From: an uncultured bacterium
GTDB lineage: Bacteria; Verrucomicrobiota; Verrucomicrobiia; Limisphaerales; UBA8199
Direction of reading: 5' to 3'
Assembly: GCA_963749495.1 (NCBI GenBank)
Contig: CAVVMW010000001.1
Location: 512,001 to 576,000 of the forward strand
Length of the DNA: 64,000 bases
Program-made: the position numbers and the translations under genes
In this document: piece by piece, positions 33,874 through 42,532 of the stretch
How positions within the stretch are numbered: the first letter of the stretch is position 1
Layout: the number at the start of each line of letters is the position of its first letter
Notes under the pieces: generated by a model
The model's database searches: none
What the model saw: only the letters and a program-made list of their open reading frames with translations
What the model was told of the DNA's origin: nothing

Positions 33874-34004
33874 GTGCCATTCCCCCTGCAGGGCGGAGGA
33901 AATGTCTCTTTCGGCCCTCACCTGGGGCTGCGCGCTGCGCGCTTCACCCCAGGCTTTCACATTGCGGGCCTTCGGCCCTGTCGTTTTCTCTTTCCGCAAC
34001 GAGT

Positions 34005-34697
34005 TCAGATCTCCGCCTCGTCGTCGTGCATGTACACGGAGACGTTTTCGAAGCCTTCGGTGGAGACCAGTTCGGTCTGGAGTTCGCCGGAGCGGGCGGG
34101 ATTGCGCAGGAGGAGGCGGTAGCTGAGGTCGGAGCCTTCCTTGACGGCGCGGCGGTCGCTGGCCAGGGAGAGGCGGCGGGCGTGGCGCCTGAGGATTTGG
34201 GTGAGGGTGAGCAGGCGGGCGGGCACGTCGCCGGTGACGCGCAGGGTCAGGACGGCATCGTAGCGTTGGCGCAGGCCAAAGGAGATGAAGCGCAGGCTGA
34301 GGTAGGCGGCGCCGACGCCCAGCAGGCCGAGCAGGGCGGTGGAGAAGCGGAGGGTGCCGATGGCCATGCCTTCCATGACCGCCCAAAGGATGAAGCTGGT
34401 GTCGCGGGTGTCCTTGAGGACGTTGCGGAAGCGGATGATGCCGAAGACGCCCAGCAGGCCAAAGGCGACGACAATGCTGTTGGCCATGGCGACCATGGTG
34501 AGGCTGACCAGGAGCGGGAGCATAGCCAGGGCCGTAACGAATGTGCGGGAATAGGAGAGGGCCTCGTGGGTCCACATATAGACGAAGCCAATGGCCATGC
34601 CGGCGATGAACGCCAGGACGATGAGGAACACGACGGTCAACGGGTCGGTGGTGCCGGCCAGGTCCGACCGGGCCAGTGTGTTCAGAAGGTCGCTCAT
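34005..34697 (-). CDS. DUF4956-family membrane protein
   Basis: AFGLLG...IIRFRNVLKDTRD..F; ATGA-coupled to the VTC gene. Confidence 0.85.
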   Translation of the reverse strand: MSDLLNTLARSDLAGTTDPLTVVFLIVLAFIAGMAIGFVYMWTHEALSYSRTFVTALAMLPLLVSLTMVAMANSIVVAFGLLGVFGIIRFRNVLKDTRDTSFILWAVMEGMAIGTLRFSTALLGLLGVGAAYLSLRFISFGLRQRYDAVLTLRVTGDVPARLLTLTQILRRHARRLSLASDRRAVKEGSDLSYRLLLRNPARSGELQTELVSTEGFENVSVYMHDDEAEI

Positions 34698-35503
34698 AAG
34701 TGCAGGTCCTCCTCCAGTTCGGGGCGCGCAGGCGCGCGGCAATGGAGTTGCTGGGCAAAAATGCAGGCGGTGTATTTGCAGACCGGAGTCTGGGAGAGAT
34801 TGAAGATCTTGACCAGGTTGAGCATCCAGCGGGGGGGCCGTTCATCGAACTTGAGTTCAAGGATGATGCCGTCCCTGGGAAACGGGGCCATGTGGGGCGG
34901 CATATAAGGCAACCACCCGCGTTTGGGCGTCTCCAAACGGCCGCTGCCGTCGTAACGGCTGCCGCGAACCTCGCGGTCGAAAGTCACCCGCAGCTCATCG
35001 TCGTCGCCCGATTCATAGATCTCGCGGAAATAGGAGACGTAGATCATGCCGCGGGCGCGGACGGTGTTGGCGAAGCCCCAGAAATCATCGCTCACATCCT
35101 GTCGGCGGTGGCCGTGCTTGAGGTGGGCGGTATCGGGGACGTAGGGTTCAATGGGCCAGCCCCGGGTGAGGATCTGGCGCACGCCCTCGCGGGAGATCAT
35201 GGCGCGGTCCTTGCAGATGACCTCGCTGACGCGGCGCTTGACCTCCAGGAAGGCGGGGCGTTCCCAGGCATCGTCGTAGAACCGGATGCGCAGCTTCATG
35301 CGGTTCTTGTGGCCCGTGTAGCTCTGGCGAAAGAAAAAGTAATCGGGGGAATCCAGGTAAAGGCTGATGACCGGGTGCCCGCGGATGGGGCCGCTGCCAT
35401 TGTGCTCGGAGGGGCGCAGATAGGTGGAGACGAAATCCGCGATGGCCACGGCGCGGGGCTCCCGGATGACGTATTTCAACTCGTACCGCGCGCTGTGACC
35501 CAT
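34694..35503 (-). CDS. VTC-domain (polyphosphate polymerase-like, CYTH/TTM fold) protein
   Basis: RYELKY, SLYLDS, KLRIRFY, FLEVK, RVTFD, ILELKF, KY. Confidence 0.88.
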   Translation of the reverse strand: MGHSARYELKYVIREPRAVAIADFVSTYLRPSEHNGSGPIRGHPVISLYLDSPDYFFFRQSYTGHKNRMKLRIRFYDDAWERPAFLEVKRRVSEVICKDRAMISREGVRQILTRGWPIEPYVPDTAHLKHGHRRQDVSDDFWGFANTVRARGMIYVSYFREIYESGDDDELRVTFDREVRGSRYDGSGRLETPKRGWLPYMPPHMAPFPRDGIILELKFDERPPRWMLNLVKIFNLSQTPVCKYTACIFAQQLHCRAPARPELEEDLHL

Positions 35504-35537
35504 AAAACGGAGCAGGAGAGGCTAAGTGAAGGGCTCA

Positions 35538-36635
35538 TCATCGCCGGCCCTGCCGCGATTCGGCCTCCAGTCTCCGGGTTTCGTGAGCCAGGACTGCCAC
35601 GGCCAGCCGGATACACTCGATGGGCCGCGGGCTAAACACGGTCTCTTTGCCGAGCATGACCGCGCCGGCCCGCTGGCGGGCCACGAGGGCCAGGTCCGAT
35701 AGCTCGGAGCGCAAGGGCAGGCCGTTTTCGGCGAACGACTCCAGGACCTGGGTGGCGACCACGGAGACCTTGCCCGCTCTGCGGGCGGCGGCAACCAAGT
35801 GCTCCTGGACCTCGGGCAAACGGATGTAGCCGACCGCCAGGCCGAGGTCGCCTCGGGCCACCATGATGCCGTCGGACTCGGCTATGATCTCCTCGGCGCA
35901 TTCGACCGCCGCCAGCGTCTCGAACTTGGCCATGACACGCAAGTCCTGGCCCAGGAGCCGGCGCGCCTCCTGGCCGGCCGTGCGGACATCCTCCGGGGTG
36001 GCAACGAGCGACAAGGCCACCCACTCCGGGCGTAATTGCGCGGCGGCAAAGGCCTGGAGCAGATCACGGTCCGGCGGTGTGATGGGGGCAAATGGACTGC
36101 GGCTGTCCGGCAGGAAAAGCGAGTTGGACGACTTGAGGGGCGCGGAGCCCTCGACCATTCGGGCCAGCACGTGAGACCCGTTGATTTTTTCCACCACAAA
36201 CCTGATCCGGCCGTCGCAGAACCACATCCCGTGTTTGGGCGCCAGCTTGTCCAGCAGCGTCTCCAGCCCCGGCAGAGGGACCACACCCGCCCCGCCCGGG
36301 GCGGAGACCGACACGTCCGGGTCCCAGAACAAGACCTGGTCCCCTATCGCCAACCGCAATTCCTGCATCGTCCCGGTGCGCGGCCTTGATGAAGGCAGGT
36401 CCAACAGCAATTGGACCGGCACCCCGGCCTCGGCTGCGGCGGCGCGCACCGCCCGCGCGTTCTCCACGTGCGGCCGCTGCCGGTACCCGCACGGAAAGCG
36501 AAACCAACAGGCCCCTTCCTGAATGGCCCGGCGCAGATCTTCCCCCTTCTCCAGCGTCGGCCCGACGGTGGCCATGACCTCCGGCACTCTCCAGGCTATT
36601 AGTTCCTGTGTCTCTGACTCAGACTTGCAATTCAC
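35538..36635 (-). CDS. Divergent pyruvate kinase homolog lacking the C-terminal regulatory domain
   Basis: ATVGP, AKFE, DGIMVARGDLG, ATQVLES, RSELSD, AVMLGKET; only 365 aa. Confidence 0.85.
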   Translation of the reverse strand: MNCKSESETQELIAWRVPEVMATVGPTLEKGEDLRRAIQEGACWFRFPCGYRQRPHVENARAVRAAAAEAGVPVQLLLDLPSSRPRTGTMQELRLAIGDQVLFWDPDVSVSAPGGAGVVPLPGLETLLDKLAPKHGMWFCDGRIRFVVEKINGSHVLARMVEGSAPLKSSNSLFLPDSRSPFAPITPPDRDLLQAFAAAQLRPEWVALSLVATPEDVRTAGQEARRLLGQDLRVMAKFETLAAVECAEEIIAESDGIMVARGDLGLAVGYIRLPEVQEHLVAAARRAGKVSVVATQVLESFAENGLPLRSELSDLALVARQRAGAVMLGKETVFSPRPIECIRLAVAVLAHETRRLEAESRQGRR

Positions 36636-36819
36636 ACTCTAAACTTTGACGCATTCGCACCCACAGTTCTCAGCCAAATGCGACATCATCGTAACGATTT
36701 GGCAAATTCTCGTCAAGCACCAGAAACGGCAGGCGCCTGTGTGGTTTTGGGCGCCTGGCCGCGTCCGTACTAGAGCAGAGCCCGTGCCAAAACGCCCTCG
36801 CCCCTCACCCCCCTGCCCG

Positions 36820-37089
36820 CGGTGCGATTGAAAGCGTGAGGCATCCGCCTCGGGAGCTTTGTCCCGGAGGGACATCCGACAATAGCCCGGCGTTTCAACG
36901 CCGGGGAGGCCGCCAAAGGGACCCTCGTCCCGAAGGGACGACTGAGACCACGCCTCGCTTTCAGCCGTCCCCTCGGGACGGACCAACTCCTTGGGTCCGC
37001 TCACCCGGCGTTGAAACGCCGGGCTATTGTCGGAAGCCCCTTCGGGGCAAAAAGGCGCCGTGGGCTGAGCGACAGTTTTAATCGCACCT
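36820..37089. mobile_element. 270-bp MITE (GGTGCGATTRAAA ends) carrying a REPIN core, copy 1
   Basis: TIRs; inverted homolog of equal length at 52516-52785; degenerate 9-bp flanking repeat. Confidence 0.8.
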
Positions 37090-37135
37090 CGCTGCCAGGA
37101 GCAGCACCCCGCGCTGTGCGGGGCAATTCTTCCCG

Positions 37136-37201
37136 GTTCAGGGTTCAGGGTTCAGGGTTCACGTTTCACGTTTCACGTTCCCCGTTTCACGTTTCACGTT
37201 C
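37136..37201. repeat. Heptamer arrays (TTCAGGG)3 + (TTTCACG)n, overlapping the MTase 3' end
   Basis: Read directly; encodes GNVKRETGNVKRET*. Confidence 0.9.
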
Positions 37202-37899
37202 CCCCCCGCCACCAGGAGCAGGACGCGCCGCTCTGCTTCGCCCCGCACGTCGGTCGTCTTGAACCCGGCGTCTTGCGCCATCCGTCGGGCCTGGGCGCCG
37301 GTGAACCAGGTCTTGTTTTCGGGCGCGTGCGCGTAGCGGGCCCGCCCGGCCTGGTTTAGGAAGTCGAAGGCCGCGAAACCTCCCGGCGCGAGGGTGGCAC
37401 AGGCGGCGCGCAGGAGGGCTTGGCCCTGGCGCCGGCCATAATGGGAAAGGAGAACGCCGCGGGAGAAGATGGCCCCGGCGCGAGGGCACAAAGCGGGCAA
37501 CTGGAAACAATCGCCGACCATGAACGTGGCCCGGCTGAGTTGCCTGGCCTGGGCCAGGCGGATCATCTCGGGGCTGATGTCCACACCGATCCCCCAGGCA
37601 AAACTGGACACCACCTCGGCAAGGACCAGGCCGGTGCCGCAGCCGGCATCGATGACTCCGTGCTGCGCGCAAAAGTCGTGGTGTTCCTGAATGAGCCGGC
37701 GGGCCTGCGCCAGGAAGCGCGCGTAGGCCTCGTCCTGGTTGAGGGGGCAGGCCGGGTCTTGCAGTTCGCGGTCCCAGGCGCCGGCCTTCGCGTCCCACCG
37801 GGCGGCCAGCGCCTCCAGGCGCCGGCCCCGGTAGAGGGCCTGGCTGCCGGAGACCGTGCCCCGATGGCGCGGCGCGCGCGTATTCCCGTCAGCACTCAC
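37159..37899 (-). CDS. Class I SAM-dependent methyltransferase
   Basis: IDAGCGTG, GVDISPEMI, GD, LAPGG. Confidence 0.88.
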   Translation of the reverse strand: MSADGNTRAPRHRGTVSGSQALYRGRRLEALAARWDAKAGAWDRELQDPACPLNQDEAYARFLAQARRLIQEHHDFCAQHGVIDAGCGTGLVLAEVVSSFAWGIGVDISPEMIRLAQARQLSRATFMVGDCFQLPALCPRAGAIFSRGVLLSHYGRRQGQALLRAACATLAPGGFAAFDFLNQAGRARYAHAPENKTWFTGAQARRMAQDAGFKTTDVRGEAERRVLLLVAGGNVKRETGNVKRET

Positions 37900-37943
37900 A
37901 ATTGTTTGATCTCATTCGTCATTCGTCATTCGTCATTCGTCAT

Positions 37944-39163
37944 TCACAATCGAATCTGTCCCTTCAGGGCGTTGTAAGTGGCCAGGAGCTGGTCCCGGCC
38001 CGGGTAGTCGCGCCAATGCCAGCGCTCAGCCAGGCCCAGGCCGGCGCAGACGATCCGCCGCACCAATTGGGTCGGCACGTCCTGGGCATCGTAGGCGCGG
38101 CGCGTGCCGTCGTTCTCCTGGACAAACAGGTAGCCGAACTCGGCCCGGCGGAGCCGGGCCAGTTCACCGAGCGGCCCGACTGCCAGGTGCATGCGCCCGG
38201 CAAGCTGAGGGTGGACGTGAACGGGCGCCGGAAAGAGATTCAGGTGGGCATGGTCCACGCAGCAGACGCCCTTGCCGCGTTGCGGGGCGGGGCCGTGCTC
38301 GAAGACCAGGGGCGGCACGCCCCACCGCTGGGCCACCGCGCGGCTGATCGCCGCAACCAGGCGCTCGAGGCGCTCGAACAGGGCCGGAGGCAGGCACGCC
38401 AGCGAGAGGATGTGCCGGCGCGTCAGCAACAGCAGGCCGCCCTCGATGAATTGGCCCAGCGGCGGCATGACCACAAAATGCTCATCCTGATAGACAATCC
38501 GGTCCGCCCGCCCATCCTCCATCATCTGGGCGAAGACACTCAGGCCGTCGGCCTCGAACTCGGCGCAAAACGGGCAGTCGTAGCGCGGGCGGCCGGGGCA
38601 GTCGGCTGGGTCCGGGCCCGGGTCGGGGGCGGTATCCAGGTGCAGCGCGAAGAGGCCGGCCGCCAGGGCGTCGAGGGCGCGGGCGCGGTGGGGCAGTTCC
38701 GGTTCGCCCGGGCCTGCGCGGTCGGGCACGAACAGGTCCGAGAGGGGCATCCGCGCGTCGCGAGGCTGGCGCGAGAAATCGAGGTGTCCCTGGGCAACGC
38801 CGCTCCAGTGGCGCAGGGCGCCCTGGACCCAGCACCCGAGGTGGCATTCCATGGCGGCCCGGCTGGAGACACCGCCCAGAAGCCGTTGCAAGCCGGCCGC
38901 GCCCAGGTGCGGGACCACCGAGGAGGTGAGCGGTCCCGGGAAGGGCCGGTAGGCCTCCAGCACCAACCCGGCGTCATCCACCAGCACCGGCCGGCCAAAC
39001 AGGGCGGCCGCGGCGCGCGCCTTGGCGGCCAGGGCCTGGGCAAAGTCGGTGCCCTGCAATTCCGGGATGGCTTGCGCGGGGGCTCGATGGCGATGCGCCA
39101 GCGCTCCAGTTGCGGGCCGAAGGGGGCGTATTTGGCCGGGTTGGCCGTGCAGAGCGTCAACAT
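37944..39163 (-). CDS. HAM1/ITPase-like NTP pyrophosphatase fused to a HIT-like hydrolase (frameshift in G-run near 39080)
   Basis: TANPAK, ELQ...KA..A, VDDAGL, FPGP, PHRARAL (HAM1); CPFC, RH, FEHG, DHAHLN (HIT/CwfJ-like); start overlaps the kinase stop. Confidence 0.8.
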
Positions 39164-39822
39164 GGGATCCTCGCGCGAATCAGGGCCAGGGCCGTTTCGA
39201 GGACCTCGGGTGCCGAGGCGCTCTCGACGTTCAAGAAGGCGAACGTGGGGACCTGGCGTGAGAGCCAGGCGTAGCACTGCTGTTCGCGGTCGTGAAAGTC
39301 CGCAGTGGCGGTCAATGCATCGAGGGCGCGCGGGGCTGGACCTTTGAGGCCGATCCGGGATTGGCAAGTGGCGAACGAGGCCTCCAGCACAAGGGTCAGG
39401 CCGGGGATGCGCACCTGGCCGGCCACCGGGTCGAGCATGGCCAGCAGGGCCTGGAGCCGGGCAGGGCTGTGAGCGGCGTGTACCGCCAGGGTGGACCAGA
39501 GCGAACGGTCCATGATGACCAGCGGCGCAACGCACCGCTCCAGCAACCGCATCTGCTCGAAACAGCCGCTCAGGAAAAACATGGCGGAGGCGAACCAATC
39601 GGCGTCGCGAATCATCCGTGTCTTGAAGGGCTCCGCACACCAGGCCGCGTCGGTCCCCAGGCAACTGGGGGCTCCCAGCGCCCGGCACAAGCCGCGGCAC
39701 AGGGTGGTCTTGCCCGCCCCGTTCGGGCCCTCGATGGCGATGACAAACGGAGGCCCGGCTCGCCCGGGGGCGAACCGGGGCAGGGCCAGGGAGGCCAGGG
39801 ACACCGTGGCTGCCGCGATCAT
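39157..39822 (-). CDS. Thymidylate-kinase/deoxynucleoside-kinase-like P-loop kinase
   Basis: IAIEGPNGAGKTT, VIMDRS, P.LT.VL.A......RI. Confidence 0.85.
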   Translation of the reverse strand: MIAAATVSLASLALPRFAPGRAGPPFVIAIEGPNGAGKTTLCRGLCRALGAPSCLGTDAAWCAEPFKTRMIRDADWFASAMFFLSGCFEQMRLLERCVAPLVIMDRSLWSTLAVHAAHSPARLQALLAMLDPVAGQVRIPGLTLVLEASFATCQSRIGLKGPAPRALDALTATADFHDREQQCYAWLSRQVPTFAFLNVESASAPEVLETALALIRARIPC

Positions 39823-40099
39823 GGAAAGCCTCCTTTCGCTCTTGCGAATGGATTGGGACCAGGAACCGGATAGGGGCTTCGAGGCCGCGGAACGTTTTGG
39901 ACTGCGGCAGTCCTCTGCCGCTTTCGCGTCCCCACCACCAGCGATTGAAAAGCGGCAGAGGACTGCCGCAGTCCAAAACCATGCGGGCTTGGGCGGTTCA
40001 TGAGAACCCTCCACGGTTTTGAAATGAAACGCAGAGACGCAAACAACGCAGAGAAGACAGACAAAACCAATCTCTGCGCTCTTGGCGTCTCTGCGTTTT
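39819..40099. repeat. Composite intergenic repeat: SD/ATG-bearing unit, REP doublet, and CGCAGAGA / TCTCTGCG 9-mer hairpin
   Basis: 39819-39867 resembles 31803-31854; 39894-39979 is the GTTTTGGACTGC family. Confidence 0.75.
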
Positions 40100-41483
40100 C
40101 ATAGCTCTCCCGCCCGTGCCACCTCGGACCGGAAGACCGTCATCGGGTTCCGGTTCAGGGGAGTCGTGTAAATGTATTCCGCGCCTGGGCCGGCGCGGTC
40201 GCTGCTGACGTAGCCTGCGGCTTCGAGGGCGCGGGCGGTCTCCTCGATCAACTCCGCCAGTTGGGATTGGCTCAGGTAATCGAAACGGACATTGCCGTCC
40301 AGGCCGCCGAAGCAGAAGCTCTCGAAGGCCTTGGGATTGGCGATGCGGATGCCGAAACGGGAGGGGTCCTGGTAATAAACGGTGCCTGGAAACGGGATGA
40401 GCTGGTGGATCGAGATCTCGTGCGGGCGCATCTCGAGCATGAGGCGGATCGAGGCGTATTGCTCCTCCAGCGGGCCGGGCAGGCCGAAGATCCAACCGGT
40501 CTTGACCCGCAACCCGGCCTGCTGCGCGGCGGCCACGCCCTGCCGAATCCGGGCGGTTGTCATGCCCTTTTGCGCCTGGCGCAGGAGTGCGTCCGAGCCG
40601 GATTCGACCCCGAAATAAACGCGCCGGCACCCGGCCTGGGCCATGGCTGAGGCGGTTTGGCAGTCCAGGGCGTCGGCCCGCATCTGGGCTATCCAGGCGA
40701 CACCCGCCCGCGCCTCGGTGCAAGCCCGGCAAAACTCCAGGATGGCCCTCTTGCGCAGGAGAAAGAGATCGTCCGCGAAGAAGACCTCCCGAGCGCCGAA
40801 CCGCTCGCGCAGGTCGAGAACCTCGGCCAGGACCGACGCTGGCGAGCGGACGCCCACGCCGTTATGACGGACCGTCCCCGAATAGTTGCAGCAGAAGGCG
40901 CAATGGTGCGGGCAACCACGCGAGGCCAGCATCGAATGATGGCTGTAGAGCGCAAGGTTGAACAGGCCGCGCTCGACCATGGGCAAGCGGTCCAGGCGGG
41001 CCGCCAGCGGTCCGCCGGGGGTCCTGGCGATGGCGCCCGCCGGGTCGCGAAAGACCAATCCGGGCAGGCGGGAGAGCGCGCCTGGCTCTCCGACGGCCGC
41101 GACCAGGTCCGCAATCACCGGTTCGGCCTCGCCCAGCGCCACGGCGTCGGCGCCATCGGCAATGAGGTCCTCGGGGAACAGGCTGGCGTGGAGCCGCCCG
41201 CCAGGATGCGCATTTCGGGGTATTGTTCCTTGAGCAAACGGATTTGGCGGCGGGCGACGGGGTAGTTGGGAGTGATGACGGAGAACCCGGCAACCGCGGG
41301 CTCAAATCGAGCGACCTCTCCCAGCAGCAGGGCGTCGTCCGCGCCTTCGGCGTTTTGGTCGAAGATGCGGACCTGGTGGCCGTGTTGTGCGAGGAGTGTG
41401 CCCAGGTATCCCACGCCCAGGGGATACTCGCGGTACATCTGCTTGGGATTGAGCGAGCGCGGGACAATGAAGAGCACGCGCAT
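40099..41483 (-). CDS. B12-binding-domain radical SAM enzyme (frameshift near 41195)
   Basis: YPLGVGYL, GFS, GG.HAS, GEAE (cobalamin domain); SRGCPHHCAFC; FADD, FGVESGS, FGLPG, PFPGT. Confidence 0.9.
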
Positions 41484-41518
41484 CACTGCCTCCCTGCCCG
41501 GCTTGGGTCCGCCAAGGA

Positions 41519-41672
41519 GCCGGTGCAAAACAACATGGACAAGATGACGCCGGGATTTTGGCGGCCGGCAAGGCGCGAGCGAGGAGCATATCCGCACGGA
41601 TCTGTGACGAGCGAGCAACGCCGCCAGCCGCCAAGAGAACAAGTCAGGTTGTCCATGTTATTTTGCACCGGC
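41519..41672. mobile_element. 154-bp MITE-like element
   Basis: 24-bp TIR GCCGGTGCAAAAYAACATGGACAA (1 mismatch); supplies the TAA stop of the TS-like gene. Confidence 0.7.
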
Positions 41673-42284
41673 GACCAAGGCCTGCCGCGCCCCGGCGAGC
41701 ATCCGGCAGATCGCCGGCATGTCCTGGTGATAGACGTGGCTGGAGGCGATGAAACCCGAGACCGTCCCTGCGTGCAGCCCCAGCCCGCCGGCGACCTTCT
41801 GCGCCATCAACCCCAGGCACAGGCCGTCGGCATAGAACTTCCCAAAGGCGTCCTGGCTGCGGGCAAAGTAATACGTGCGCACCTGGGCGTTGCGAACCAG
41901 GAACTGCACCGTGTTGATGCACGGCACCTTGCCGTCAGGCGCGCCGCAAAGACAAATGGCGGCGCGTTTGGTCCAGGGCTCCTCCCGGAGCAGCGACACC
42001 ACGTCTGCCAGGTCGGCGCGCCCGCCGGGGCCGTGGATCAGCCCGGCATAATTGTGGCCCAACGCATTTGGACCGGGCAGGAAGAAGACCTTCTTCATCT
42101 CGGTGACCATCTGCGCGTCGCCGAATTGCTCCAGCAGCGGGTCGTCCCCGGCCGCCGCCGGAAAGCCCACCGTGACGCCGGTCAATTCCAGGCCCTCGTC
42201 CGCCATCGCGCGGCCCGATTCCACGGTGCGGTGGACCAGGTTGACCCACGTCTGGCCGAGGCTGGGGAACTCAAGCTCATTCAT
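41658..42284 (-). CDS. Thymidylate-synthase-superfamily pyrimidine methylase/hydroxymethylase, cytosine-type
   Basis: VPCINTVQFLVR (catalytic Cys), RSQD-x7-D, SSHVY. Confidence 0.82.
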   Translation of the reverse strand: MNELEFPSLGQTWVNLVHRTVESGRAMADEGLELTGVTVGFPAAAGDDPLLEQFGDAQMVTEMKKVFFLPGPNALGHNYAGLIHGPGGRADLADVVSLLREEPWTKRAAICLCGAPDGKVPCINTVQFLVRNAQVRTYYFARSQDAFGKFYADGLCLGLMAQKVAGGLGLHAGTVSGFIASSHVYHQDMPAICRMLAGARQALVAGAK

Positions 42285-42396
42285 GCACGCTGCCGGAGGT
42301 CGTCCGCTGCACAGGCCGGCCTGGACCGTGCGGCGGCCCGAATCATCCAGGCGAATCATGAACAAGCCGATGGGGATGTCAACACGCCTGTTGGGC

Positions 42397-42435
42397 GAAT
42401 GACGAATGACGAATGACGAATGACGAATGACGAAT
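42397..42435. repeat. Heptamer array (GAATGAC)5
   Basis: Read directly; complementary-orientation array at 37912-37946. Confidence 0.9.
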
Positions 42436-42532
42436 GTGCGAGTTGGGCCGCGTGTCCCTGCCTCAAGAACCGCCTGGAGTGTCCCAGGCGCGGCGGGACA
42501 GGATTCCCGCCGATTAACTGGGCCGTACGCGC

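Larger units (their letters stand above)
31996..33882. mobile_element. IS4-family insertion sequence with a divergent passenger gene
   Basis: TIRs GAATGGCGCTTA / TAAGTGCCATTC; 11-bp target duplication CCCCTGCAGGG (31985-31995, 33883-33893). Confidence 0.88.
31537..33980. mobile_element. Decayed REP-flanked Y1-transposase locus containing nested repeats and an IS4 element
   Basis: 33-bp inverted arms 31537-31569 and 33948-33980 (1 mismatch) enclosing a tnpA stub. Confidence 0.7.
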
